From the NCBI GenBank assembly GCA_964016885.1, contig OZ024741.1:306590001-306654000 (forward strand): a DNA stretch of 64,000 nt. Direction: 5' to 3'. A program made the position numbers and the translations under genes. The stretch is from Eledone cirrhosa (Eukaryota). The notes beneath the pieces were generated by a model. It was not told where the DNA came from. It made no database searches and saw only the letters and a list, made by a program, of their open reading frames with translations. Positions 40,682 through 54,808 of the stretch are shown here, piece after piece. Position 1 is the stretch's first letter; every line of letters begins with the position of its first letter.

Positions 40682-41470
40682 CTGCAAACAAGAATTAGCC
40701 AAATTAACAAATTAAGGCTGTATTATATGGAAGGAAGGTTCAAAAGGATCTAAACTCCTAATGGAGCACACATCCCCTTTAGGTATGAACACAGCTAATT
40801 TCTTCCAGAGAAGGGTGAGAGAAATATAAGGAAATGTAGAAATATAGAAAAATTGAGTCCAGTAATGGACTGGTACTTTATTTATCTACCACAAAGAATC
40901 CCTAAAGATGAAAGGCAATGTTGAGCTTAATGCGATTTGAACACAGACTATAGTGAGTCAGAAAAAATACAAGGGTATTTAATCTGATGTTCTCACTCTT
41001 TTAATTCATGACCTTTGTATAATATGAAACAATGAGATCTTTACTATTATCATATGTTCATTAAAAACAGAGTTTTCATCGCAAAGGTAGCTGAATGTAA
41101 ATTCAAACCATCTTCAACAATCAGAGCCAGTGCTTGTGCAATGAGTGTCCTAAACTAGCTCTACAACATGTGTCCCTTTCTCTTCCTTATGCACCTCATT
41201 TACACAAATAAACTAATTTCATACTACAGTTTAATCAACTGATGGACACAGAATTTGGACAGAAATCTGAAGAAAACCATATGGCATGAAAGGAAACTTT
41301 ACAAAGAATTAATTATTAGTGTCACAAAAGGTGTACTGACACGAAATAATTAGCTCACAAATTTTTTGTTTTTCAACTTTAAATTCTACCTTCTGCAAAA
41401 TTTGAGCATACCATAGACAATCTGTACTCCCCTTACTATGTAGACCTTTGTATTGAAACTAACCAGGTAA

Positions 41471-41805
41471 AATCATTCATCATCATTTCATTTTAAGTCC
41501 GCTTTTTTCCTGCTTGCAAGAGTGGGAGGGGAACTGATTCTGGCTTGATTTCTACAGCTGGATGCCCTTCCTAACATCAACTTCATTTACAGTGAGTGCT
41601 GGGTGCTTTTCTGCCATGGCACCTCCACGACCACTTTGCAGAGGAATGATATGGACCCCAGTCCTATCATCTCATTTCTACAGCCAAGTAAACTGGAGTA
41701 ATTTGAAATAAAGTGTCTTGCTCAAGGAAACAACACATCACCTGGTCTGAGAATTGAACTCACAACCTTTCGATTGTAAGGCCAATGCTCTAACCGCTAA
41801 GCCAT
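41471..41805 (-). mobile_element. SINE family 2, minus orientation
   Basis: Reverse complement of 10350-10682: TGGCTTAGCGG, GAGTTCAATTC and (ATG)n tail. Inserted in ccaggtaa|tatgggg. Confidence 0.88.
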
Positions 41806-43078
41806 GTAATATGGGGAAATTATTAAGTTAAATTATATGTAGGCTGAAATGTTGATATATACAGAGTGAATAACTATTAAAACATGCTTGGAATTTGGAA
41901 TCTCATAGTGGATTATTATAATAATTGTTTCTACATTTGGCAGAAGGCCAGCAATTATCGCAGTACATTACTGGTACTTTATTTTGATCGACCCCGTAAA
42001 GATGAAAGGCATAGTCAACCTCGGCGGGATTTCAACTTAGATCGTAAAGGGACGTAACTATGCTGGAAAGCATGGCTTCTGACCCTCTACCGATAATGCC
42101 AATGATATCTAATTAAGACACAAGACCACTAAATTTTGGGGTAAAGCCAAAGTACATTAAATTAATCCCAATATTTGACTGATTACTTTATTTCATGATT
42201 TCCAGGGGTATGAAAGGGTAAGTTAACTAACTGATATGTAAACTCAAAACTTCGGAGCACAACTTATACCGCAATAGCATTGCATCTGATGCTGTATTAA
42301 TACTGCCGATCAACTACGTTAATAATTATTATAACAATAGAATTTGTATTAACCCTGAAACATTTACATTACTCTACACCTAATATTATATATTCACAGT
42401 AAAGGCTTTACATCACATAATTATCTCACATAAAATCGAATCTACAAGATGTTGATATTATTTATTTTGAAAAAAAAAACATTAATATCAGTAAGCAGCC
42501 AGTTACAGCCAGTTTGAACAAAAAGTGATGTGAGGATTTTGGCAGAACACGGTTGGTTTAAATGCTAGCGAGTTAAGCACACATATATTATAAATATACC
42601 TTCACATGTACAATCAAATAACCAAATGATTTGTGCGGCAGTGTATTATTGGTACTTTATTTTATCGACCCGGTAAGGATGAAAGGCAAATTAAACCTCG
42701 GCTTGATTTGAACTCAGATCGTAAAGGGACGTAACTATGCAGGAAAGCATAGCGTCTAACCCTCTACCGATACTGCCAATGATATCTAATTAAGACACAA
42801 GACCAGTAAATTTGGAGGGAAAGGCAAAGTTCATTGAATGAATCTCAATATTTGACTGATTACTTTATTTCATCAACTCCAGGGCTAAGAAATGGAAAGT
42901 TGCCCTAAGTAATATGTAAACTCAAATCTTCAGAGCAGAACTTATACCGCAATAGTATTTTATCGGATGCTTTATTAATTCTGCCTATCCACTACACTAA
43001 TATTTATTATAATAATAGAATTTGTATTAATCCTGAAACATTTACATTACTCTAAACCTAATATTATATATTCGTGGT

Positions 43079-43256
43079 GGATTGGCAGTATCGGTAGAGG
43101 GTCGGACCCCATGATTTCCAGCATAGTTACGTCCCTTTACAATCTGAGTTCAAATCCCACCGAGGTTGACTTTGCCTTTCATCCTTACGGGGTCGATAAA
43201 ATAAAGTACCAATAATGCACTTGGTAATTGCTGGCCTTGTGCCTAAAGTAGAAACA
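43079..43256 (+). mobile_element. SINE family 1, inverted orientation (duplicate)
   Basis: Same site and TSD as 29968-30145. Confidence 0.88.
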
Positions 43257-44116
43257 ATTATATATTCATGGTAAAGGCTTTACCTCACATAATTATCTCC
43301 CATAAAATCGAATCTACAAGATGTTGATATTATTTATTTTGGAAAAAATACATTAATATCAGTAAGCAGCCAATTACAGCCAGTTTGACCAAAAGGTGAT
43401 GAGAGAATTCTGGCAGAACATGGCTGGTTTAAATGCTAAAGTGTTAAGCATACATATATTATAAATATACCTTCACATGTACAATCAAATAACCAAATGA
43501 TTTGTTCTGCAGTCTTGTGCATAAATCAAATAGAATGTCCTAAAGTTAAAATCTGAAATGGTGGTTACTGACATACAGAAAACTTGCGATAGACAAATGT
43601 CCCAAATAACCACATCCCATTGTTTAACTAAACTGTTAAGCACTAGGAGCATATCCATACCACAATTCCACTACAAAATCTAGTCAGTTTCTCCATCACT
43701 CAACATACACGCCTACCATTTCTTCATAAACGTTACTCTAAACACTAAAGCCATGATAAAATACACTCAATACACTTTGTAAATTGTAGGAATGTACAGA
43801 ATCAAGATGCTGTCCTCAGCCTCTCTGTGAGGACAATGGTCCAATTGTGTGCTGACATGATCTGTGATAACTCATCTAATCTATGCTAGCATAGAAAAGT
43901 AGATTTTAAATGACTATGACCATGACAGCAACACAAACATGAGATCTTATTCTTAGTTTTATATGAATACATACACTACTCAAACTTTTCTTCATTTACA
44001 TAGACGCAGACTCCTATGAGAGTGTGTGTGTATGAGTATGTGTGTGTTTATATAATCTGCAACAAACATATATTTAACTGTTCACTAAAAGTTGATAAAA
44101 TAAGGCAAGAACTTAC

Positions 44117-44251
44117 AATTTGGGGTGGAACATGATCTTTCGTGACAAGAGACTTTCCCCCTCGTTGAGCACCTACATTTATCACAGCCATTTAAACCTA
44201 TGAACATTACACCTACTTTGTATATTGTACCATGATACGCACATGTCGCTG
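44117..44251 (-). CDS. Exon, 6-Cys module (most divergent C-terminal half)
   Basis: 135 nt: ATCAYHGTIYKVGVMFIGLNGCDKCRCSTRGKVSCHERSCSTPN. Confidence 0.88.
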
Positions 44252-45921
44252 CTGCAAAAAAGAATGAGCCAGATTTACAAATTAGGGCTGTATTATATGG
44301 AAGGAAAGTTCAAAAGGATCTTAACTCCTAATGGAGCACACATCTCTCTTTAGGTATGAACACAGCTAATTTCGTCCAGAGAAGAGTGAGAGAAATATAA
44401 GGAAATGTAAAAATATTGAAAAATTGAGCACAGTACTGGACTGGTACTTTATTTATCAACCACAAAGTATCCCTAAAGATTAAAGGCAAAGTTAAGCTTA
44501 ATGCGATTTGAACACAGACTATAGTGAGTCAGAAAAAATACAAGGGTATTTAATCTGATGTTCTCACTCTTTTAATTCATGACCTTTGTATATTATGAAA
44601 CAATGAAATTCTACTATTGTCATACATAGATCAAAGACAGAGTTTTCATCATAAAGGTAGCTGAATGTAAATTCAAACCATCTTCAACATTCAGAGCCAG
44701 TGCCTGTGTAATTAGTATCCTAGAATAGCTCTACAACATGTGTCCCTTTCTCTTCATTATGTACCTCATTTACACAAATAAACTAATTTCATACTACAGT
44801 TTAATTAACTGATGGACACAGAATTTGGACTGAAATCTCAAGAAAACCATATAGCATGGAAGGAAACTTTACAAAGAATTAATTATTAGTGTCACAAAAG
44901 GTCTACTGACACAAAATGATTAGCCCCAAATTCTTTTTGTTTTTCAACTACAAAATTCTTCACCCTCCAAACTTTAAGCATACCACACAATCTGTACTCC
45001 CCTTACTATGTAGGCCTTTGTATTGAAGCTGACCAGGTCATATGGGGGAATTATAAAGTTAAATCAAATCTAGAATGAAATGTTGATATATACAGATTGA
45101 ATAATTATTAAAACCTACTTGGTATTTGGAACCCCATAATGGATTACTATAATAATTGTTTCTACATTTGGCACAAGGCCAGCAATTATCCCAGTACATT
45201 ACTGGTACTTTATTTTATCGACCCCGTAAGGATGAAAGGCAAAGTTAACCTTGGCGGTATTTAAACTCAGATCGTAAAGGGACGTAACTATGCTGAATAT
45301 GATGTCTGACCCGCTACCGATACTGCCAATTAACCGCACTTGTGGATTATTAAAATAATTGTTTCTACTTTTGGCACAAGGCCAGCAATTACCCAGTACA
45401 TTACTGGTACTTTATTTTATCGACCCTGTAAGGATGAAAGGCACTAGGAGCACTAGGAGCATATCCATACCACAATTCCACTACAAAACCTAGGCAGTTG
45501 CTCCATCACTCAACATACACACCTACCATATGTTCATAAAGATTACTCTATACACTAAACCCATGATAAAATACACTCAATAGACTTTGTAAATTGTAGG
45601 AATGTACAGGATCAAGATGCTACACTCAGCCCCTCTGTGAGGACAATGGTCCAATTGTGTCCTGACATGGTCTGTGATAACTCATCTAATCAATGCTAGC
45701 ATAGAAAGTAGATTTTAAATGACAATGACCATGACAGCAACACAAACATGAGATCTTATTCTTAGTTGTATATGAATACACTACTCAAACTTTTCTTCAT
45801 TTACATAGACGCAGACTCCTAAGAGAGTGTGTGTTTATGAGTATGTGTGTGTTTATATAATCTGCAACAAACATATATTTAACTGTTCACTAAAAGTTGA
45901 TAAAATAAGGCAAGAACTTAC

Positions 45922-46056
45922 ATTTTGGGGTGGAACATGAAGTTTCTTGACAAGTGACTTTCCCCATCGATGAGCACCTACATTTATCACAGCCATTTAA
46001 ACCTATGAACATTACACCTACTTTGTATATGGTACCATGATACTCACATGTTACTG
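45922..46056 (-). CDS. Exon, 6-Cys module
   Basis: 135 nt: VTCEYHGTIYKVGVMFIGLNGCDKCRCSSMGKVTCQETSCSTPK. Confidence 0.9.
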
Positions 46057-47525
46057 CTGCAAAAAAGAATTAGCCAGATTAACAAATTAAGGCTGTATTA
46101 TATGGAAGGATAGTTCAAAAGGATCTAAACTCCTAATGGAGCACACATCCCTCTTTAGGTATGAACACAGCTAATTTCTTCCAGAGAAGAGTGAGAGAAA
46201 TATAAGGAAATGTAGAAATATAGAAAAATTGAGCACAGTACTGAACTGGTACTTTATTTATCTACCACAAAGTATCCCTAAAGATTAAAGGCAAAGTTGA
46301 GCTTAATGCGATTTGAACACAGACTATAGTGAGTCAGAAAAAATACAAGGGTATTTAATCTGATGTTCTGACTCTTTGAATTCATGACCTTTGTATATTA
46401 TGAAACGATGAGATTCTACTATTGTCATACATTGATCAAAGACAGAGTTTTCATCACAAAGGTAGCTGAATGTAAATTCAAACGATCTTCAACATTCAGA
46501 GCTAGTGCCTGTGTAATTAGTATCCTAGAATAGCTCTACCACATGTGTCCCTTTCTCTTCATTATGTGCCTCATTTACACAAATAAACTAATTTCATACT
46601 ACAGTTTAATTAACTGATGGACACAGAATTTGGACTGAAATCTCAAGAAAACCATATAGCATGGAAGGAAACTTTACAAAGAATTAATTATTAGTGTCAC
46701 AAAAGGTGTACTGACACAAAATGATTAGCCCCAAATTCTTTTTGTTTTTCAACTACAAAATTCTTCACCCTCCAAACTTTAAGCATACCACACAATCTGT
46801 ACTCCCCTTACTATGTAGGCCTTTGTATTGAAGCTGACCAGGTCATATGGGGGAATTATAAAGTTAAATCAAATCTAGAATGAAATGTTGATATATACAG
46901 ATTGAATAATTATTAAAACATACTTGGTATTTGGAACCCCATAATGGATTACTATAATAATTGTTTCTACATTTGGCACAAGGCCAGCAATTATCCCAGT
47001 ACATTACTGGTACTTTATTTCATCGATCCTGTAAGGATGAAAGGCACTAGGAGCACTAGGAGCATATCCATACCACAATTCCACTACAAAACCTAGGCAG
47101 TTGCTCCATCACTCAACATACACACCTACCATATGTTCATAAACATTACTCTATACACTAAACCCATGATAAAATACACTCAATACACTTTGTAAATTAT
47201 AGGAATGTACAGGATCAAGTTGCTGTCCTCAGCCACTCTGTGAGGACAATGGTCCAATTGTGTCCTGACATGGTCTGTGATAACTCATCTAATCTATGCT
47301 AGCATGGAAAAGTAGATTTTAAATGACAATGACTATGACAGCAACACAAACATGAGATCTTATTCTTAGTTGTATATGAATACACTACTCAAACTTTTCT
47401 TCATTTACATACACGCAGACTCCTAAGAGAATGTGTGTGTATGAGTATGTGTGTGTTTATATAATCTGCAACAAACATATATTTAGCTGTTCACTAAAAG
47501 TTGATAAAATAAGGCAAGTACTTAC

Positions 47526-47660
47526 ATTCTGTGGTGGAACATGAAGTTTCTTCACAAGTGACTTTCCCCATTGCAGAGCACCTACATTTATCACAGCCAT
47601 TTAAACCTATAAACATTACACCTACTTTGTATATGGTACCATGATACGCACATGTCACTG
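47526..47660 (-). CDS. Exon, 6-Cys module
   Basis: 135 nt: VTCAYHGTIYKVGVMFIGLNGCDKCRCSAMGKVTCEETSCSTTE. Confidence 0.9.
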
Positions 47661-49814
47661 CTGCAAAAAAAGAATGAGCCAGATTTACAAATTAAGGCTG
47701 TATTATATGGAAGGAAAGTTCAAAAGGATCTAAACTCCTAATGGAGCACACATCCCTCTTTAGGTATGAACACAGCTTATTTCGTCCAGAGAAGAGTGAG
47801 AGAAATATAAGGAAATGTAGAAATATAGAAAAATTGAGCCCAGTACTGGACTGGTACTTTATTTATCAACCACAAAGTATCCCTGAAGATTAAAGGCAAA
47901 GTTGAGCTTAATGCGATTTGAACACAGACTATAGTGAGTCAGAAAAAATATAATCTGATGTTCTCACTCTTTTAATTCATGACCTTTGTATAATATGAAT
48001 CAATGAAATTCTGCTATTGTCATACATTGATCAAAAACAGAGTTTTCATCATAAAGGTAGCTGAATGTAAATTCAAACCATCTTCAACATTCAGAGCCAG
48101 TGCCTGTGAAAAGACTATCCTAGACTAGCTCTACAACATGTGTCCCTTTCTCTTCATTATGTACCTCATTTTCACAAATAAAATAATTTCATACTACAGT
48201 TTAATCAACTGATGGACACAGAATTTGGACTGAAATCTCTAGAAAACCATATAGCATGAAAGTAAACTTTACAAAGAATTAATTATTAGTGTCACAAAAG
48301 GTCTACTGACACAAAATGATTAGCCTACAAATTCTTTTGTTTTTCAACTACAAAATTCTTCCTTCTCCCTCCAAACTTTAAGCATAACAGAGAGAATCTG
48401 TACTCTCCTTACTATGTAGACCTTTGTATTGAAGCTAACCATGTAATATGGGGAAATTATAAAGTTAAATCAAATCTAGGATGAAATTTAGATATATACA
48501 GAGTGAATAACTATAAAAACAGACTTGGTATTTGGAATCCCATAGTGGATTACTATAATAATTGTTTCTACATTTGGCAGAAGGCCAGCAATTATCCCAG
48601 TGTATTACTGGTACTTTATTTTATCGACCCTGTAAGGATGAAAGGCAAAGTTAACCTCGGCGGGATTTGAAATCAGTCCGTAAAGGGATATCTAATTAAG
48701 ACACAAGACCCGTAAATTTGGAGGGAAAGGCAAAGTTCACTCAATGAATCTCAATATTTGACTGATTACTTTATTTCATCAACTCCAGGGGTAAGAAAGG
48801 GAAATTTGCCCTAAGTGAAATGTAAACTCAAATTTTCGAGCAGAACTTATACCGCAATAGCATTTTTTCTGATGCTGCATTAATTCTGCCGATCCACTAA
48901 ACTAATAATTATCATAATAATAGAATTTGTATTAACCCTGAAACATTTACATTACTCTCCACCTAATATTATATATTCATGGTAAAGGCTTTACCTCACA
49001 TTATTACCTCACATAAAATCGAATGTACAAGATGTTGATAATATTTATTTTGGAAAAAACACATTAATATCAGTAAGCAGCTAGTTAGACCAAAAAATGA
49101 TGAGAGAATTCTGGCAGAACATGGCTGGTTTAAATGCTAAAGAGCTAAGCATACATATATTATAAATATACCTTCACATGTACAATCAAATAACCAAATG
49201 ATTTGTTCTGCAGTCTTGTGCATAAATTGAATAGAATGTCCTAAAGTTAAAATGTGAAATGGTGGTTACTGACATACAGGAAACTTGCGATAGACAAATG
49301 TCCCAAATGACCACATCCCACTGTTTAACTAAACTCTTAAGCACTAGGAGCATATCCATACCACAATTCCACTACAAACCCTAGGCAGTTGCTCCATCAC
49401 TCAACATAAACACCTACCATTTCTTCATAAACATTACTCTATACACTAAACCCATGATAAAATACACTCAATACACTTTGTAAATTGTAGGATTGTACAG
49501 GATCAACGTGCTGTCCTCAGCCTCTCTCTGGGGACAATGGTCCAATTTGTGTGCTGACATGGTCTGTTATAACTCATCTAATCTATGCTAGCATAGAAAA
49601 GTAGATTTTAAATGACAATGACCATGACAGCAACACAAACATGAGATCCTATAATTAGTTGTATATGAATACATACACTACTCGAACTCTTCTTCATTTA
49701 CATGCAGACTCCAATGAGAGTGTGTGTGTATGAGTATTTGTGTATTTATACAATCTGCAACAAACATATATTTAACTGTTCACTAAAAGTTGATAAAATA
49801 AGGCAAGAACTTAC

Positions 49815-49949
49815 ATTTTGTGGTGGAACATGAAGTTTCTTGACAATCGACTTTCCCCATCTCTGAGCAGCTACATTTATCACAGCCATTTAAACCCATG
49901 AACGTTACACCTACTTTGTATATAGTACCATGATACTCACATGTCACTG
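49815..49949 (-). CDS. Exon, 6-Cys module
   Basis: 135 nt: VTCEYHGTIYKVGVTFMGLNGCDKCSCSEMGKVDCQETSCSTTK. Confidence 0.9.
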
Positions 49950-51313
49950 CTGCAAAAAAGAATTAAGGCTGTATTATATGGAAGGAATGTTCAAAAGGAT
50001 CTAAACTCCTAATGGAGGACACATCCCACTTTAGGTATGAACACAGCTAATTTCGTCCAGAGAAGAGTGAGAGAAATATAAGGAAATGTAGAAATATAGA
50101 AAAATTGAGCCCAGTACTGGACTAGTACTTTATTTATCAACCACAATGTATCCCTAAAGATGAAAGGCAATGTTGAGCTTAATGCGATTTGAACACAGAC
50201 TCTAGTGAGTCAGAAAAAATTCCAGGGTATTTAATCTGATGTTCTGAATCATTTAATTCATGACCTTTGTGTAATATGAATCAATGAGATTCTACTATTT
50301 TCATACATTGATCAAAAACAGAGTTTTCATCATAAAGGTAGCTGAATGTAAATTCAAACCATCTTCAACAATCAGAGCCACTGACTGAGTAAAGAGTATC
50401 CTAGAATAGCTCTACAACATGTATCCATTTCTCTTCATTATGCACCTCATTTTCACAAATAAACTAATTTCATACTACAGTTTAGTAAATTGATGGAGAC
50501 AGAATTTCAACTGAAATCTCTAGAAAACCATATAGCATGAAAGAAACCTTTACAAAGAATTAATTATTAGTGTCACAAAAGGTCTACTGACACAAAATTA
50601 TTAGCCCACAATTCTTTTTGTTTTTCAACTACAAAATTCTTCACCATCCAAACCTTAAGCATAACATAGACAATCTGTACTCCCCTTACTATGTATGCCT
50701 TTGTATTGAATCTGACCAGGTAGTATGGGGAAATTATTAAGCTAAATCAAATCTAGGATGAAATTTTGATATATACAGAGGGAATAACTATTAAAACATT
50801 CTTGATATTAGGAATCCCATAGTGGATTAATATAATAATTGTTTCTACATTTCGCACAAGGCCAGCAATTATCCGAGTGTATTACTGGTACTTTATTTTA
50901 TCGCCCCCGTAAGGATGAAAGGCAAATTAAACCTCGGCTTGATTAGAACTCAGATCGTAAAGGGACGTAACTATGCTGGAAAGCATAGCGTCCGACCCTC
51001 TACCGATACTGCCAATGATATTTAATTAAGACACGAACCAGAAAATTTGGAGGGAAAGGCAAAGTCCATTGAATGAATCTCAATATTTGACTGATTACTT
51101 TATTTCATCAACTCCAGGGCTAAGAAATGGAAAGTTGCCCTAAGTAATATGTAAACTCAAATCTTCAGAGCAGAACTTATACCGCAATAGTATTTTATCT
51201 GATGCTGTATTAATTCTGCCTATCCACTACACTAATATTTATTATAATAATAGAATTTGTATTAATCCTGAAACATTTACATTACTCTAAACCTAATATT
51301 ATATATTCATGGT

Positions 51314-51492
51314 GGATTGGCAGTATCGGCAGAGGGTCGGACGCCATGCTTTTCCAGCATAGTTACGTCCCTTTACGATCTGAGTTCAAATCCCACAGAG
51401 GTTAACTTTGCCTTTCATCCTTACGGGGTCGATAAAATAGAGTACCAGTAATGCACTGGGTAATTGCTGGCCTTGTGCCTAAAGTAGAAACA
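51314..51492 (+). mobile_element. SINE family 1, inverted orientation, in a full-length unit
   Basis: Perfect 16 bp TSD attatatattcatggt at 51298-51313 and 51493-51508. Confidence 0.9.
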
Positions 51493-52336
51493 ATTATATA
51501 TTCATGGTAAAGGCTTTACCTCACATAATTATCTCACATAAAACCGAATCTACAAGAACTTGATATTATTTATTTTGGAAAAAATACATTAATATCAGTA
51601 AGCAGCCAATTACAGCCAGTTTGACCAAAAGGTGATGAGAGAATTCTGGCAGAACATGGCTGGTTTAAATGCTAAAGTGTTAAGCATACATATATTATAA
51701 ATATACCTTCACATGTACAATCAAATAACCAAATGATTTGTTCTGCAGTCTTGTGCATAAATCAAATAGAATGTCCTAAAGTTAAAATCTGAAATTGTGG
51801 TTACTGACATATAGGAAACTTGGCGATAGACAAATGTCCCAAATGACCACATCCCATTGTTTAACTAAACTGCTAAGCACTAGGAGCATATCCATACCAC
51901 AATTCCACTACAAAATCTAGGCAGTTTCTCAACATACACGCCTACCTTTCTTCATAAACATTACTCTAAACACTAAAGCCATGATAAAATATACTCAATA
52001 CACTTTCTAAATTGTAGGAATGTACGGGATCAAGATGCTATCCTCAGCCCCTCTTTGAGGACAATGGAACAATTGTGTGCTGACATGGTCTGTGATAACT
52101 CATCTAATCTATGCTAGCATGGAAAAGTAGATTTTAAATGACAATGATGATGACAGTTACACAACCATGAGATCTTATTCTTAGTTGTATATGAATACAC
52201 TACTCAAACTTTTCTTCATTTACATGCACACTCCTATGAGAGTGTGTGTGTAAGAGTATGTGTGTGTTTATATAACCTGCCAGAGACATATATTTAACTG
52301 TTTACTAAAAGTTGATAAAATAAGGCAAAAACTTAC

Positions 52337-52471
52337 ATTCTGTGGTGGAACATGAAGTTTCTTGACAAGAGATTTTCCCCATCTCTGAGCACCTACATTT
52401 ATCACAGCCATTTAAACCTATGAACGTTACACCTACTTTGTATATGGTACCATGATACTCACATGTCACTG
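52337..52471 (-). CDS. Exon, 6-Cys module
   Basis: 135 nt: VTCEYHGTIYKVGVTFIGLNGCDKCRCSEMGKISCQETSCSTTE. Confidence 0.9.
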
Positions 52472-54673
52472 CTGCAAAAAAAAATGAGCCAAATTAACAA
52501 ATTAAGGCTGTATTATAGGGAAGGAAATTTCAAAAGGATCTAAATTCCTAATGGAGCACACATCCCTCTTCAGGTATGAACACAGCTAATTTCGTCCAGA
52601 GAAGAGTGAGAGAAATATAAGGAAATGTAGAAATATAGAAAAATTGAGCCCAGTACTGGACGGGTACTTTATTTATCAACCACAAAGTATCCCTAAAGAT
52701 GAAAGGCAAAGTTGAGCTTAATGCAATTTGAACACAGACTCTAGTGAGTGAGAAAAAATACAAGGGTATTTAATCTAATGTTCTCCCTCTTTTAATTCAT
52801 GACCTTTGTATAATATGAAACAATGAAATTCTGCTATTGTCAAACATTGATCAAAAACAGGAATTTTCATCATAATGGTAGCTGAATGTAAATTCAAACC
52901 ATCTTCAACATTCAGAGCCAGTGCCTGTGTAATTAGTATGCTAGAATAGCTCTACAACATGTGTCCCTTTCTCTTCATTATGCACCTCATTTTCACAAAT
53001 AAACTAATTTCATACTACAGTTTAATCAACTGATGGACACAGAATTTGGACTGAATTTGGACTGAAATCTCAAGAAAACCATATAGCATGAAAGGAAACT
53101 TTACAAAAAAGTAATTAATAGTGTCACAAAAGGTCTACTGACACAAAATGTTTAGCCCACAAATCTTTTGTTTTTCAACATTAAATTCTACCTTCTGCAA
53201 ACTTTAAGCATACCACAGACAATCTGTACTCCCCTTACTATGTAGGCCTTTGTATTGATGCTGACCAGCTAATATGTGGAATTATAAAGTTAAATCAAAT
53301 CTAGAATGAAATGTTGATATATATAGAGTGAATAATTATTAAAACATACTTGGTATTTGGAATCCCATAGTGGATTACAATAATAATTGTTTCTACATTT
53401 GGCACAAGGCCAGCAATTATCCCAGTACATTACTGGTACTTTATTTTATCGACCCCGTAAGGATGAAAGGCAAAGTCAACCTCGGCTTGATTTGAACTCA
53501 AACGTAACTATGCTGGAAAGCATGGCGTCCGACCCTCTACCGATACTGCGAATGATATCTGATTAAGACACAAGACCCGTAAATTTCGGGGTAAAGCCAA
53601 AGCACATATTGAATTTCAATATTTCACTGATTACTTTATTTCATCAAGTCCAGTGTAAGTTAACTAAGTGATATGTAAACTCAAATCTTCAGAGCAGAAC
53701 TTATACTGCAATAGTATTTTATCGGATGCTGCATTAATTCTGCCGATCCACTACACTAATAATTATTATAATAATAGAATTTGTATTAACCTGAAACATT
53801 TACATTACTCTACACCTAATATTATATATTCATGGTAAAGGCTTTACCTCACTTAATTATCACACATAAAATCGAATCTACAAGATGTTGATATTTATTT
53901 TGGAAAAAATACATTACTATCAGTAGGCAGTCAGGTATAGCTAGTTTGAACAAAAAGTGATGAGAGAATTCTGGCAGAACATGGCTGGTTTAAATGCTAA
54001 AGTGTTAAGCATACATATATTATGAATATACCTTCACATGTACAATCAAATAACCAAATGAATTGTTCTGCAATCTTGGGCATAAATTGAATAGAATGTC
54101 CTAAAGTTAAAATGTGTAATGGTGGTTACTGACATACAGGAGAGTTGTGATAGACAAATGTCCCAAATGACCACATCCTGTTGTTTAACTAAACTCTTAA
54201 GCACTAGGAGCATATCCATACCACAATTCCACTACAAAACCTAGGCAGTTGCTCCATCACTCAACATACACGCCTACCATATGTTCATAAACATTACTCT
54301 ATACACTAAACCCATGATAAAATACACTCAATACACTTTGTAAATTGTAGGAATGTACAGGATCAAGTTGCTGTCCTCAGCCACTCTGTGAGGACAATGG
54401 TCCAATTGTGCTCTGGTATGGTCAGTGATAACTCATCTAATCTATGCTAGCATGGAAAAGTAGATTTTAAATGACAATGACCATGACAGCAACACAACCA
54501 TGAGATCTTATTCTTAGTTGTATATGAATACACTACTCAAACTTTTCTTCATTTACATACATGCAGACTCTTATGAGAGTGTGTGTGTAAGAGTATGTGT
54601 GTGTTTATATAACCTGCCAGAGACATATATTTAATTGTTCACTAAAAGTTGATAAAATAAGGCAAGAACTTAC

Positions 54674-54808
54674 ATTTTGTGGTTCGACATGAAGTTTCAT
54701 GACAATTGACTTTCCCCATCTCTGAGCAGCTACATTTATCACAGCCATTTAAACCTATGAACGTTACACCTACTTTGTATATGGTACCATGATACGCACA
54801 TGTCACTG
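54674..54808 (-). CDS. Exon, 6-Cys module
   Basis: 135 nt: VTCAYHGTIYKVGVTFIGLNGCDKCSCSEMGKVNCHETSCRTTK. Confidence 0.9.
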
